DNA of 64,000 bases from Coniocarpon cinnabarinum (taxonomy: Eukaryota). The translations under genes and the position numbers were made by a program. The notes below the pieces were generated by a model. That model had not been told where the DNA came from. It made no database searches and was given only the letters and a program-made list of their open reading frames with translations. Positions 1-11,918 of the stretch are shown here, piece by piece. Where the stretch lies: positions 1 through 64,000 of the forward strand of contig JAVECO010000053.1 in assembly GCA_051942205.1 (NCBI GenBank), in the 5' to 3' direction. Each line of letters starts with the position of its first letter. Within the stretch, counting starts at the first letter, position 1.

Positions 1-705
1 GAGAACAAGGGTGAGGCGGGTCTTGGATGATGGGAGTCAGAGTGGGGCGGGCCTTGGATGATGAACCATGGCGAGTATTGGAAAAGAAAAGAGAAATGGA
101 AAAGGGAAAGAGAAAAGGGGAAAGGAGAAGGGAAAGGACACGAAATGCGAGCCTGATGATGATAGTGCCATGAAGAGAAGTCATGCACAGCAGTCATGCT
201 CGCGGCGTCTGGCAAGCGCCTGTGGCAAGACGGGACAGGATTGCTTCAGGACGCCAGGAAAGGTCTTCACGACTACGAAGTTAACGGACTCGTTTGGAAG
301 AGCAGACTTGAATTGAGACGACGTCGAGCCAGCGGGACCGCCGTGCATATTACATGCAGAACTTCACGCTGAGACTCGGCTTCGAGTCGTCGCTCGCAGG
401 ACGATAGCGAGGCTGCATGATATGTAGAGATCAGACGTTCCGCAATGATGAGCAGCGGTTGAACATGCGCTCAGCTGCTGCTGCATGAGTTTGGAAGTGC
501 ATTAGACATATATAAATACACACTACTCTTATTATTGCTGAATACACACGATAGAGATGACAACGAAGACAATAAAAGAAAATAGAATCCTTCGTTGGAG
601 CTTCATATTAATTCGTGGACTACATTGGTATCACTAACTATCGTAAACGCTTCTGAATCCCAACCTCGCTTCAATCCCCAATCCCCAAGCCAGTCCACGC
701 CGCCC

Positions 706-3328
706 TCAAAACGGACTATCCACAACACCACCCCCCTTGATTCGCCGCGCAGGCGTGCTCAACCGCCCACCCCCACTATAACGTCCACTTGAAGCATTAT
801 TACGACCCATAAAGCTCTCCCGTGTCGGTCTTTGCAAGGCGCTCTTCTTCTCCAATCCGACCTGGTTCTCCAAGGCAACCACCAAATTCCGATCACTCCG
901 GTATTGGAATTCATCTGCTTTCACCTCTTCGGCGTAGCGCTTGATGCTGTAGGGATCTTTTTGGCCGGTGAGGACTTTCTTCATGGACCACGCGACGACG
1001 AAGGGACCGGTGGCGGTGACAATGCTCGTTTCGTTGGTGCCTTCGCCTGTGTTGAAGCGGGCGGGGGTGAAGTGGATGCCCTTCTTTGTTTCTGCGGTGA
1101 GCTGCGCGACGTGTGCGGGCGCCAGTGCCAGACGACGAGGTCTAGGCTTTGCGTCTGCAGCGAAGGACTTTTCGAAGCCGAGCTTGCCGGCGTTTTTGCC
1201 TTCTTTTTGGAGGCAGTCGATTAAGAGAAGATACGTTCGTGTCGTGGCGAGGAGCCAGCGGCCGTCGCCGGAAGCGTCGAGACCCAGGATGGGATCGCCA
1301 AGTGCTGGAATATTGGTCTTTGCTTGAATGCCCAGACGGTCGAACATGCGGATGTCACCCTTTGACGAAGCGACGGCAATGTATCCATTGGCGGTTGTGG
1401 CGGCCGCCGAGAAGCCATTCTTGCTTGCATACTGCTTAAGGGTAGAGTCCACAAGCTTGTCGCCAGAGAGACGAGGGTCGATGCGGTAGAGTGCGTTGTG
1501 CGAAAGCCCGAGGAAAGACTGTTGACCGGTTGTCTGTGCGTATTTCTGCTCGGGTGCGAAGGTTAGGACGGGGATGTCTTCATGGACCCGGTACTCATCG
1601 ACGACCTTGCCATACTCCAAATCCATGCGGTACAGGCTGTTCTCAGATCCCGGGTCTTGGAGAATCATGTCACGATCTTCGGCATGTAGCATGACCTTTT
1701 TCGGGGAGAAGTGGCGCCCCTTGGGGGTGGCTACCTTGTTGATGTTCGTCTGAAAGTCGAGATGCTGGCCACGCTCACCTTGCTTGAAGACACCAATCTG
1801 GTTGCCACGAACGACGTAGCTGCGATCATTCTTGAAACCAACCGCGAGCTGAGAATTGACATCTTTGGATTTGCCTGGTCCAGTAATTCGGTCATCCTCT
1901 TCTTCGTCAGTGTCGTAATGCTCAGAGCGCGGTGCTTCATCATCCGACTCCTCTGCCTCTTCGTCCTCCTCCTCCTCTTCCTCAGGGGGAGCGTCTTCCA
2001 TTGTAAGGTCTTGAAAGGCCTCAAGCGCGTATTCGCGCTCAGTATTTTTGGCCTTCAGCCACTTCGTCTCATTGAGATGCTCCCAAAGCGCCCGCATCAG
2101 ACCCTCTTGGAAATGCTCCTCCGTCTCTTCACTCTTAAATCGCAGGAGCCACGAAAAGGCATTGCGCTCGTCTGGATAGTGATTGAAGATGAACGAACGG
2201 TACTCGAAGTTGAACACTGGATTTAGCTCAGGTGTAACGGCCAAGCTCAGCCAATCTCGCTTTTTGCCTGTTATTTGGAGCCAGTAAGTCCAATTGCCGA
2301 CCTCGTAAACAGTGGCAGTGACGGTGTGGTCCTGCTCGACAAAGTTACCAGATTCATGCTCAAAGACGTGGAGCTCGCACTCTTCAGATGCCAGTACTTC
2401 CTGACCTTCAGGATGCTTAAGTTTCGATGGATAAAGGAGTCCAATGGTTTGTAACGTGCCCATGACATCGGCGCTACTATTTGCCGCTGCCGTGGCGCTC
2501 TTTGACGGAGTTGCCTCGCGCTTGACCTGAGGCGTCATGTCTCGAGACACTTCTGAGATCGATGCTCTCGAACCCGTGTCTGGAATGGCTTGCTCAGCGA
2601 AGACGAATTGTTCTAGATCACGCTCTGTTGCGTCCTCGTGCGGCCGGCGGAACTTGCGCTCGTACTGACACTGAGCTGCTACTGCTTCAAACGCAGCGAC
2701 GACGGTCGCTTGAGTCTTCGAGTCGCACACGAACTCAAAGAGATCGCCTTCGTCTCCACTCAGGTCGTTCCACGCGAAAACAATCTCACCCCCCTCTCGC
2801 TTGTCGGTGCGGAATCGCAGCTCCTCGTCAAGCAGAAATGTTTTCTCGTCTTTGTCTGAGCCTAGCCCCTCGTCCTCAAGGTCAGCGTCCTCCTCAGCTT
2901 CGAGCTCCTGTGCGCCTTCCTCAAAGACGCGCTGTACGACAAGCTGGTATTGGTACTGTTGACCAGTGCGGCGGATGGAGCAGTTGGCGTCGGGGTAGAT
3001 TAGTTCACTGTAGCCTTTTGGCGACAGAGGGCGGACGAGGTAGAGCTGGCCCTGAGGGATCTCAACAATGGTCTCCTGCGATCTGGCGTTCCCAAATAAA
3101 TACTTGGTAGCTAGATGCGTTGGTGTCAGCAAAGCGTTCGAAACAACACAGCTAAATTGAGATCGCCCGGCGTCTGCACAGGGCAACTACAAGGCGGACG
3201 ATTGACGGGAAGGCCACGTGGATTTATTGTCCGTGGGAAAGCGCAGTGCGGATTTCGCAATCGTTCCCACAGAGTGCCACAGAGTGGGGGCGGTTGGGTC
3301 AGCACTTACCATTTCGTAGCATAAACAT
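706..3328 (-). CDS. VID27: Vacuolar import/degradation protein Vid27 (PH-like domains + C-terminal beta-propeller)
   Basis: 826-aa ORF with Vid27-like motifs (GQLYLVRPLSPKGYSELI, LYRMDLEYGKVVDE, IDPRLSG, ALGDPILGLD). Inferred exon 1 is 3328-3310 (MFMLRN), followed by a GTAAGT..TAG intron at 3309-3111. Confidence 0.9.
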
Positions 3329-3673
3329 CCTTCAGGCGAGCTTTGCGTGTGCGGACGGACGGGATGGTCGACCTGGAGCTCGTCACATGAAGAAATGTCC
3401 AAGGCAAAGCACGCTTGGAAAGGAAGGAAGATGTTGAATTGTGCAGAAAGAAGGCAACGGAGGTGTTTAGTGAACCCAAGATCTAGAAGACAACAGCTGT
3501 TTGCCTGGGCCTCAACGCAAACCCAATGACGTAGTGTGGCTCAGGAACGCGTCATCACGTGACAATTGATAGTCTAGACTAGAGAACACAGCTGGAGATT
3601 TCCACCGCCACCTTCAATTCAGTGCGGAAAGCTTGGTGAATTCCACTGTCCAACTACGTACAGCTCCCTTTGA

Positions 3674-6030
3674 TTATAAATCTAATAGGTCTTGACTTGC
3701 CGACGTCGTCGTCTGTGCAGGCGGCTGTGCAGACCCATGTAATTGCTGATTCGCTGGCGGTGGCTGTTTGCCAGCGCCGTTCATGTTGAGAGATGCAAAC
3801 CCGTTCATCAGATCGTCGTTCGTGTTCGGCGCGGCCTGAGGTGGTTGAGGTCCATTGCTGTTCCCGAAAATATCCGCGAGGTCGTCTGCACTGGTTGGCG
3901 GAGGTTTCGCACTGGGTGGTTCGGGTGTCGTGCCCCTTTGTGGCGTGCCTGCCAAACCTTCCAGCCCAGAGCCTCCAAGTGTCGGCTGCTTCTGCAGACT
4001 GGCCGGAGCGGCGCCATCAAAGTCAATGTCAAGTAAGTTTTCTGCGTTGTTCTGTTGGACAGTCGTGCCGTTGCCGGACACGGCTGCAGCTGCCGCGGCG
4101 GCGGCGATGGGGTTATCTCTTGCGTTTTGCTGTTGCTCTTCAATGGCAGCCTTCTGCACGGCGTCAGACCCGTGTCTGCTTTGTGTGATGAAGGTCGTTG
4201 CCGGCTTGTGGTAGACTGATGCGATTGTGGAGAGCTCTCTCAAAAGCTCGTCAAGTAGAGCCGGTGGGAGCGAGGAAATGGTAGTGTTGATGGGTGGTCG
4301 CTGAGCGAGGACAATGCTTTTTGTTACATTGGGGTCCGATGAGAGCAGTCGCCAATATACATAGGCTCGGTCTCGAATGTCTGGGTTGTCGTTCTCCGCT
4401 GTTGATGCGGTGAGTACCTTTTGAACTAAGCCTTGTGATTGATCTGGTCTCTTTAAGAAGAGTTTCACTACCGCTGTGAGAATTTGTAATTGCACCTAGG
4501 AAGTGTCAGCAATATCGGATGCGAGGGTCCACGGGATTACCTACCTGGCTGAACTCTTCATTGAACCCGTCCACAAAGCTGGCCAAGACATCACCAGCAT
4601 TGCTGATCTTCTCAGCGTATTCCCCAACGATCCAGATGATGGCGCCCCTTGCGTTCGGCTCGTCCAACTCATCGATGCATTGGCATAGCGTTGGAATGAT
4701 GCCCTCGTATCCAGGATATTTGCGAAAGATGTCTTTGATGACAACAATCGCTTCTTGGACCACGTAATGCACCTTCGTAGCGATCAGGTCGAGCAGAGTA
4801 TTCACGGCCTTCTCAGTCGCGCTTTCGATCTTGATCGCAACTTGACCGATGGCGCGGACTGCTCGTCGCACGAAGTCCATATCAACTTCCATGGCATATT
4901 CCTTCAGCTCCGCTAATAATTGATCAACATTTCGGTCGTTTGATATACGAACCATGATCTCAATCTTCTGAAGTTTTAGATAAGGCGGGTCATTGTACTT
5001 GCAAAAGAAGACTCTCATTTCTTTGCTTAAGACTTCGGGCTCCTTTTGAAGCAATAGTTCAATGTTGCGGAGCGCAACGTATTGCACCTCAGGAGCAGAA
5101 GAAACCAGAGTGACTGATGTTGTCAGCAGCGTTGGCAATGACGGTGGTATCTTACAACTTACCTAACGGAGGCGCCATCTTCTTCATGTATGACTGATGT
5201 AACTCATTCGAAAAGTTTGCCATGTGCAAGAATACGACCTTGACCGCAGCGAGCACCACACTGGGATTAACATGCTGGAACTGGGGGGCCACTCTTTCGC
5301 AAATATGCTCTGATTCCTTGATGTCTGGCGCTTGATAGTCTGCAAGCACCGTAAGAATTGTGATGCGACCCCATTCCGTGCATTCGTTCAGAGCCATCAG
5401 CATCTTCTTCAAATTGTTCGGCGTCACTTGCAGTGCTCTTGTCTCCGGTGCAGCTTCTTGGATCTCTCCCAGAGCCGACACACAATTCGCAACGACCATA
5501 GGATTGGGATCGCCCATCATCTCTTGAAGTGACTCCAGGAAGCCATTCTCCAAACACAGACCCGGGTTGAGGTCAAATAGCTTCGCGACGCAAACGGCAG
5601 CCGTTTTGCGAACATAGGGAGACTCGTCTCTCAATGTCTTTCTCAACGGGTCCTCCATGTAATCGACCATCTTATCAACTCGAATGCAGCCCATTGTACG
5701 TATCGCAAGTGCTCGTATTAAGGGGTTCGGATCTTCTGTGTCTTGCACAAATGTGTTCACAGCCAGGATGCAAAGGTCAGGATGGGATTTGGCGTAGTTC
5801 ATAAGATATAGGTAGACGAGCTTCTTTTGATCGAGATCACCAGTTGCAACGTTTTTGAGGACATCGGGAAAGAGGGCTGAGACATCTTTGCCCAATGTCA
5901 TGGACTGGATTGTGCGTTGGATCGCTTCCTTTCGCTCGTATGCATACTGTGAGACCAGGCCGGCACGAAGCTCGAACACTTCTCCTTTGCGCGGCACTTG
6001 AAAGGCGCCTCTGATTCTGTTGACGGCCAT
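3674..6030 (-). CDS. APL2: AP-1 adaptor complex beta subunit (beta-adaptin)
   Basis: Three ORFs joined by 49-nt GT-AG introns (5162-5114, 4544-4496). Beta-adaptin motifs [45 protein letters not shown]. Ends in the clathrin-box-like sequence DLLDL. Confidence 0.9.
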
Positions 6031-6402
6031 GGCCTCACCGCAAGACAGGGAAAATTCCGTTCAGGCCATCCGAACTGCCAGCGTGCGGTGGAGGTTTGAG
6101 GAGCAGATGGGATGTCGATACGTGATGTGATTTAGCTTCTTACGACACAAAGCAAACGCCTAAATGCAATGTCAGATCAGCTCCGGGTTCTTTGCGCAAC
6201 TGGTGACTGATGGCTCGTGTGCAATAGTCTTGCAAAGTGAACAATGGGGGTGTGAACAGTGCAGGCGTGGAGGCTGCAAGTCTGACGCGGAACGACGATC
6301 ACAAGCACAAATCTGAAACCACGCCGCAACCCTGCTTTTCGAACAGCTCGTTTTGCATGCTGCACGATGAATTAGCAGAGAACGCGGAAACATTTTGACA
6401 AC

Positions 6403-6676
6403 ATGGTGCGAATGCATGACCGCTCAAGCTCGAAATCACTGCTGATGTGAACAAAGGCCAATCTTCCCAATTTGCGAAGGCTCTTCGTTGAAGCCCGTAC
6501 AGACGCTGAAGAGAGCGCATACTCTCGCAAAGCGGTATTCTTTGGACTTGCTTCGACACGTATTCGTACATACTGACTATACGCAGTTCTATAATCTTGC
6601 TGTCTTCATGTCTTCCATCGCCATCTTCAGCTTGATCGCGCAGAGAATGACGAATCCCAAGCCAAGCATCTCATAG
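6403..6676 (+). CDS. 56-aa single-pass membrane microprotein of unknown function (three exons)
   Basis: ATG | intron 6406-6456 | exon 6457-6534 | intron 6535-6586 (GTATTC..CTGAC..CAG) | exon 6587-6676 gives MANLPNLRRLFVEARTDAEESAYSRKAFYNLAVFMSSIAIFSLIAQRMTNPKPSIS. Both introns are canonical and the spliced frame is open. Confidence 0.65.
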
Positions 6677-6706
6677 CACCGGCAATCAAATCGTCACCAT
6701 CCACTG

Positions 6707-7464
6707 CTATTGCTTCCCTTGCAGATTTGCCTTTGCGACCTCCTCGGTCGACTGATTTGCCGTCTCTTCCCTCTCTGCTTCTTGCTCTCTGGCTTTATTC
6801 AATCTGGTCGACGTCCTAGCTGCACCATGGGCTGCCTCTTTGTTCACGCCGCCTTCGCCCTTTCCACCAAATTTATGTCGTCCTCCAGGCAATACGCTAC
6901 GACCCATCGCGTCTTTCGGTCGATCTGGTTTAGGCGCTCCGCCTGCACTCTGGGCTTCATCGTGCAGCGCTCCCCAACCGCCTACTGTCGGAGTTTCAAC
7001 CTCCCATCCACGTTCTCTTGCCTCTCTTATTGCACTCGCAACACCTCTCGATGCTCTTCGCTGGACCTTGGCTTTCCGCTTTGTATCTGCAATTTCCGCC
7101 CTCTGCTGTGCCGTATACAGTGGAGGCCGTTCGTCGATTGGCTTGCCAAAGGGTGCTACAATCGCTGCCACGGTCTGCTTTACCCATTTCGAATGTCTTT
7201 CGGGTGCTGTTGTGATGACATCGCCCTCAAGGAGAGACGAGTTTGGGTCGTGGACTAAGAACTGCTTAGGTCTGTAGAAAGTCTATGAGAATACACTTAG
7301 TGTGGCTCAAATGTTGCGTTTGATTGCGGACGAACTTTTCTCAAGTATTTATGCCAGGTTTCTTTCACTTGCCTCACTTTGACAGTGTTTTGCATACGAC
7401 CAGCAGATACCACCACAACTGGACCTGGACGTGCGGCGAGATTGCGGGTGACTGGCTGCGCCAT
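6707..7464 (-). CDS. MRPS17: Mitochondrial ribosomal protein uS17m
   Basis: Exon 1 MAQPVTRN..VVVSAGRMQNTVKVR..WHKYLRK, intron 7335-7283, exon 2 TFYRPKQFLVHDPNSSLLEGDVI..VAAIVAPFGKPIDERPP. This is the uS17 pattern, followed by a fungal C-terminal extension. Confidence 0.8.
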
Positions 7465-8105
7465 ATTGGCGCAAAATGGGTTGAAGAGCTTATGACCGAT
7501 CGGGAGGGGCCGAAAATAATACAAAGACAGTCAAATAGCAAGGAACACCAATTCACTCGCAAAGAAATCGATCAATGTTGGGGAGCGCCCAGCTGCAGCA
7601 ACGGAGCTCATCTGGTGAATCGTTCGGTAACGGCGAAATGATTTCGGGCCGAAACCCTCGGCGATCCGGGCCGAGTATGATATCTTCGTTTCCAACGGGA
7701 GGTAGATACTTATGTCTCCCTTCTCCAACCTTCAAATGACATCGTACGCCGTGATTGGTGGGGCGACACTATCCTTGTCCTCAATCCGAATCGTATGGTG
7801 AGCTTGGCGATAGTTGATCTTACTCTTCTTTCTTAACAAGCTTGATGCATGGATCCCCTGGAGTATTCTTCCTGAAACTAACTCTGCGTCTCAAAAACAT
7901 GCTGCATGTATTGATTTCACCGGTTGTTGTGTGCCGCCTCATACATTTCTCTTCTTTTGAACATTAAAGCAAAATCGTTATATGGTTGTGGATTATCCTT
8001 CAAATGCCGGGCAGCATCGTTCCTAAACCCCTTTTGATGACGTAATGTCGAGTTTCTCATGACCAGACTTTCATGACAATTTCTTGCCCTTAGCGAAGCA
8101 TTACC

Positions 8106-9859
8106 ATGGCTATGAATAAAAGAAGGATACTTGTCATCGCAGGGTCTGACAGCTCGGGCGGCGCGTGAGTCTGCCCACGACTTTACCCGAGGAGCAAGCC
8201 CCTAACGAGCATGGTCAGGGGCCTCGAAGCTGATCAGAAAGTCGTCGCTGCTCATGGCTGCTATGCAATGACATCAACGACGGCTTTGACCGTACAAAAT
8301 ACACAAGGAGTGCAAGACGTGCAGATCACCCCGACATCGTTCGTTGAGAAACAGGTCAACGCATGTGTCACAGATATTGGTGTGGATGTGATAAAGACAG
8401 GTGTGCACAATATAACTTTCTAATGGCACTCTGCAAGTCTTATTCAAGTCATCAGGCATGCTCGCTTCCAAGGCTACTGTACAAGCAGTTGCGGAGGCCT
8501 TTGAGCGTTTTAGAGTCATCTATTCGGTCGTCGACCCAGTATGTTGCTTGTAGTAGGCATCACTTCGCCTGAACTGAGTAAGCCAGGTCATGGTGTCGAC
8601 GAGCGGTTCCCAACTCCTGCCCGAGGATGCTGTTAGCACTCTGGTTGAGAAACTGCTACCTGTCACTACCATTCTGACCCCGAACATCCCCGAAGCTCTG
8701 CTAATCATCAAGAACTCACCACTTGAGGCCACAGGCCAGCCAGCCACACTTGGCGATCTTGTGGAGCTCGCCAGGCTCATTCAAGGGCTGGGACCCCGTT
8801 ATGTCTTGATCAAAGGTGGCCACATGCCTTTAAAGGATGACAGATTGAACCCCGAGGATCATGTTCCCCGGCATTTCGTTTCTGACGTCCTGCACGGTGA
8901 CGGGGAAACTCATATATTCAAGTCCGAATATTTGCAAAGCAGGAACACGCATGGGACTGGCTGCAGTCTAGCTTGTAAGGTCAATTCATCATACTTCAGC
9001 ATTCCAGCTAACCCATGCAGCCGCGACTGCAAGCAATCTTGCTCTAAACCACTCTATCCCCACAGCTGTCCGCCTCGCTCGCGACTACGTTTCTGCTGGC
9101 ATCCAACACGCTGTTCCCCTTGGCAGTGGCTCTGGTCCCATCAACCACTTCCACTCTACCTACAAGCTTCCCTTCGCTCCTTCGCATTTTCTAGACTACC
9201 TCATCTCACACCCTCGCATTGCTCCTGTGTGGGACAGACATCTCCATCATCCTTTCACTCAGCAGTTAGCGAACGGCACACTGCCCGTCCAAGCCTTTAA
9301 GCATTACATGATACAGGACTATTTGTTTCTTATTCAGTACGCGCGTGCAAATGCACTGGCGGCATACAAAGCTCCAACAATTGCTGATACCGCCGACTCT
9401 GCAAGTATCGTTGCGCACATGATGGAAGAGATGAATACACATTTGTCTTACTGCGCAGAGTTTGGTCTTGATCAAGCAGCCTTGGAATCACATGATGAGG
9501 ACATGGCGACAACGGCGTATACACGATATGTTCTTGACATTGGCAACAGGCAAGACTGGCTTGCGCTTCAAATCGCATTGGCACCTTGTCTGATAGGATA
9601 CGGTGCCATCGCAGAAAGAATCATGAATGACCCCGGAAGTGTGCGGGATGGTAACAGGTACTGGCGATGGGTAGACGATTACAACGGCGATAGTTTCAAG
9701 ACTGCAGTCCGAAAGGGAAAGGAGTTATTAGAAAGGCATGCTGGAAATCTCAGCGTGAGCAGAGTGGAAGAGCTAGTGGAGATCTTCCGCATGGCGACGA
9801 GAATGGAGATTGGCTTTTGGGACATGGGGCTCGCAGCGGCAGAGCACAGCAACGAGTAA
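8106..9859 (+). CDS. THI20: Hydroxymethylpyrimidine/phosphomethylpyrimidine kinase fused to TenA (thiaminase II), THI20/21-like
   Basis: ILVIAGSDSSGGA, GLEADQK, ILTPNIPEA, VLIKGGH, NTHGTGCSLA and GPINHF motifs, then the TenA motifs FKHYMIQDYLFL, LAPCLIGY and EIGFWDM. Four short introns inferred. Confidence 0.9.
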
Positions 9860-10769
9860 GGAAGGACAATGAAGTGACTCGTACACTGAGTGGCTTTGCT
9901 GCCGGTGGACTCGGGACTGGGCTGGCCAACGTAAAGCTCTACTCATTGTCATCCGGCATTTTCAATGCATTGCCAGTAAGGACAAGAGGCCCCCTCGAAC
10001 AGTGAAGAACATTCTGCTAGCCTGAGATACCAGGGGGATTCCTCGTCGCTTTCCAGCTATTTCCTCACCATTTCCTTCCACCACCCTTCAGGGTGATCTC
10101 GGACAAACAAGTATTCAGACGCATAGTCATCTGACTATCAAGGTAATCTTCAGTGACTATCACAATTTCGGAGAATTCACGATTCGTTGTCTATGCCAGG
10201 CATACGGCGTGGCAAGACGTGATACGCTGAGGCTGAGAGTAAGCACGTAATTGAACACGAACTTCTCCAGATGTGTCCACATTCGGCAAGCACAGTCATC
10301 ACGCCAATCGTTGCCAAAAGGTTTCTCATAAGCCAAGATCGACGTCTCGTTCATCCAGTACGTCATCTTGGAGCTGCGTGGAGAGGAAGCATGCAGAAGC
10401 CTTGACATGATACTTTTCGTCCAATGATGCCGGTGAGTTCAAGTTATAGCAGCATCGGTATAGGTGCAGCATAAGCTCGTATAGGCGTTACTTCTTGAGC
10501 TGCCATTGACTAGCATTCCGTGCGGCTGAGGAAATGCGAGCAACATCAGCTGCCGCTCGTGTACGTACCAGAGGTAGCATGCTGCTCATGCCCTCTGATT
10601 CAGTGACGAGCATCCCCTAAACCGCAAATGTGTTTATAAAAGCACGGCATTTCCCCGCAAAGCCTCACGTTCGTCATCCATCATCCAGCGAGCATCCCAC
10701 TTGCCAACCATCCCATCAAACAAAGCATCCACCCAAAAACACTCCTATCCTTGACATACCATCCAGAAA

Positions 10770-11089
10770 ATGCATCCCTCAACCCTCCTCCCCGTCTTAT
10801 CCCTCACACTCACACTCACCGCCACCGCATCCGAAATCTCTACTACTCAGACCCAACCTGCACGACGCTAATCGAGCAGCTCTCCCTCCCCGATAACCAA
10901 TGCAACCCGCGTCCCGACTTCAGCGCGTACAGCGTCCGCTACTACAACTACGGCGTGGATCCCTGCACGCTGACGACGTGGGGCGACATGGGATGTACGG
11001 CTGATGTAACGAGTACGGAGGGGTTGGGCGTGGGCGCTTGTTTTGCGCCGGGGTATCCCATTGCTGGCATGAGTTGTGGAGCTTTTTAG
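10770..11089 (+). pseudogene. Small secreted six-Cys protein interrupted by a 1-nt frameshift (pseudogene or sequencing error)
   Basis: The signal-peptide-like MHPSTLLPVLSLTLTLTATASEI is in one frame and the mature domain LYYSDPTC..C..C..C..C..MSCGAF is in another. Adding one C at ~10838 (ATCTC to ATCCTC) joins them. Confidence 0.6.
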
Positions 11090-11918
11090 CTTAATGATTG
11101 ATGGGTTTTGCGTTCGAAGAGAGGGAGAGGGAGGGGTGTTTTGGGATTCTGAGAGCTTTGATGGAGTTTGGTACGTTTGATGTTGGTTGGGAGGTGTAGT
11201 GAAGAGAATTTGTTGCTTCTTGAGCTTCTTCCAGATGAAGGAAGGGCGGCTCACTGAGATAAGTCGGCGGAGCAACGCTAACGATACTAAATCGATATCT
11301 GTCTTTATTTACTATAAGTTACTTCAGTTCAAGTGTGCACTCTGCTGTCATATAGCACCTTGATATTGGAGCAGACATCCCCTTTTTTAGACGTATGTAT
11401 TTGTTTCGAATATCCAAGAAACCTCGCATCACGCTAGATTCATAACCTGACTTTCGTTGTTGCAACGGAGACAGAGATCTTTGTGAAATGAATAGTATGT
11501 GTCAGTGGCTTTTTGTGCCCCAAACTTAGTACAGCCGGCTTTCGCGCGGGATGTGACTCAAAGTTAGCGAAGGCCGTGGGCTGTTACGACTGAGAGAAGT
11601 CGAGGAGAAGTCAGGTTCGCTGTGGAAGTTTGATGATAGCCATGAAGAGATCGTGATGGGTCTCGATCCGGTGCGACTTTGATTGCAAGTACTGCTGTTG
11701 AGTTGTCGTGATATTTGCGCAGTGTCCTATTACGTCGTTTATTTGACCATCGTGAAGGATCATCAAATTGCTTTGAACAACATGCTCGAATCTATGTTAC
11801 GAAGATAGCATAGTGCTCGAGCTTTTAGTCCTTTTCATGACGACACGACAAGAGACAAGAAGAGGAAGACGAGCGTTTGGACATCATCAAAAACTTTGGA
11901 TCCAATTGCCAATTACCT

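Noticed and set aside
75..140. Lys/Glu/Gly-rich ORF 68-316
   Set aside because: The frame comes from a polypurine tract, probably the pyrimidine-rich 5' region of a minus-strand gene outside the window.
7531..7950. Short ORFs between MRPS17 and the THI20-like gene
   Set aside because: No coherent spliced model or motif.
7950..10100. TPP riboswitch associated with the thiamine gene (CTGAGA at ~10022)
   Set aside because: No downstream GAACYTGAT..TAAT..GCG core or flanking stems were seen, the site is 3' of the gene, and the gene's introns are too short.
9880..10410. Minus-strand protein-like fragments (ORF 10160-10408 and downstream frames)
   Set aside because: Multiple stops and frame changes with no recognisable family; cannot be told apart from chance.
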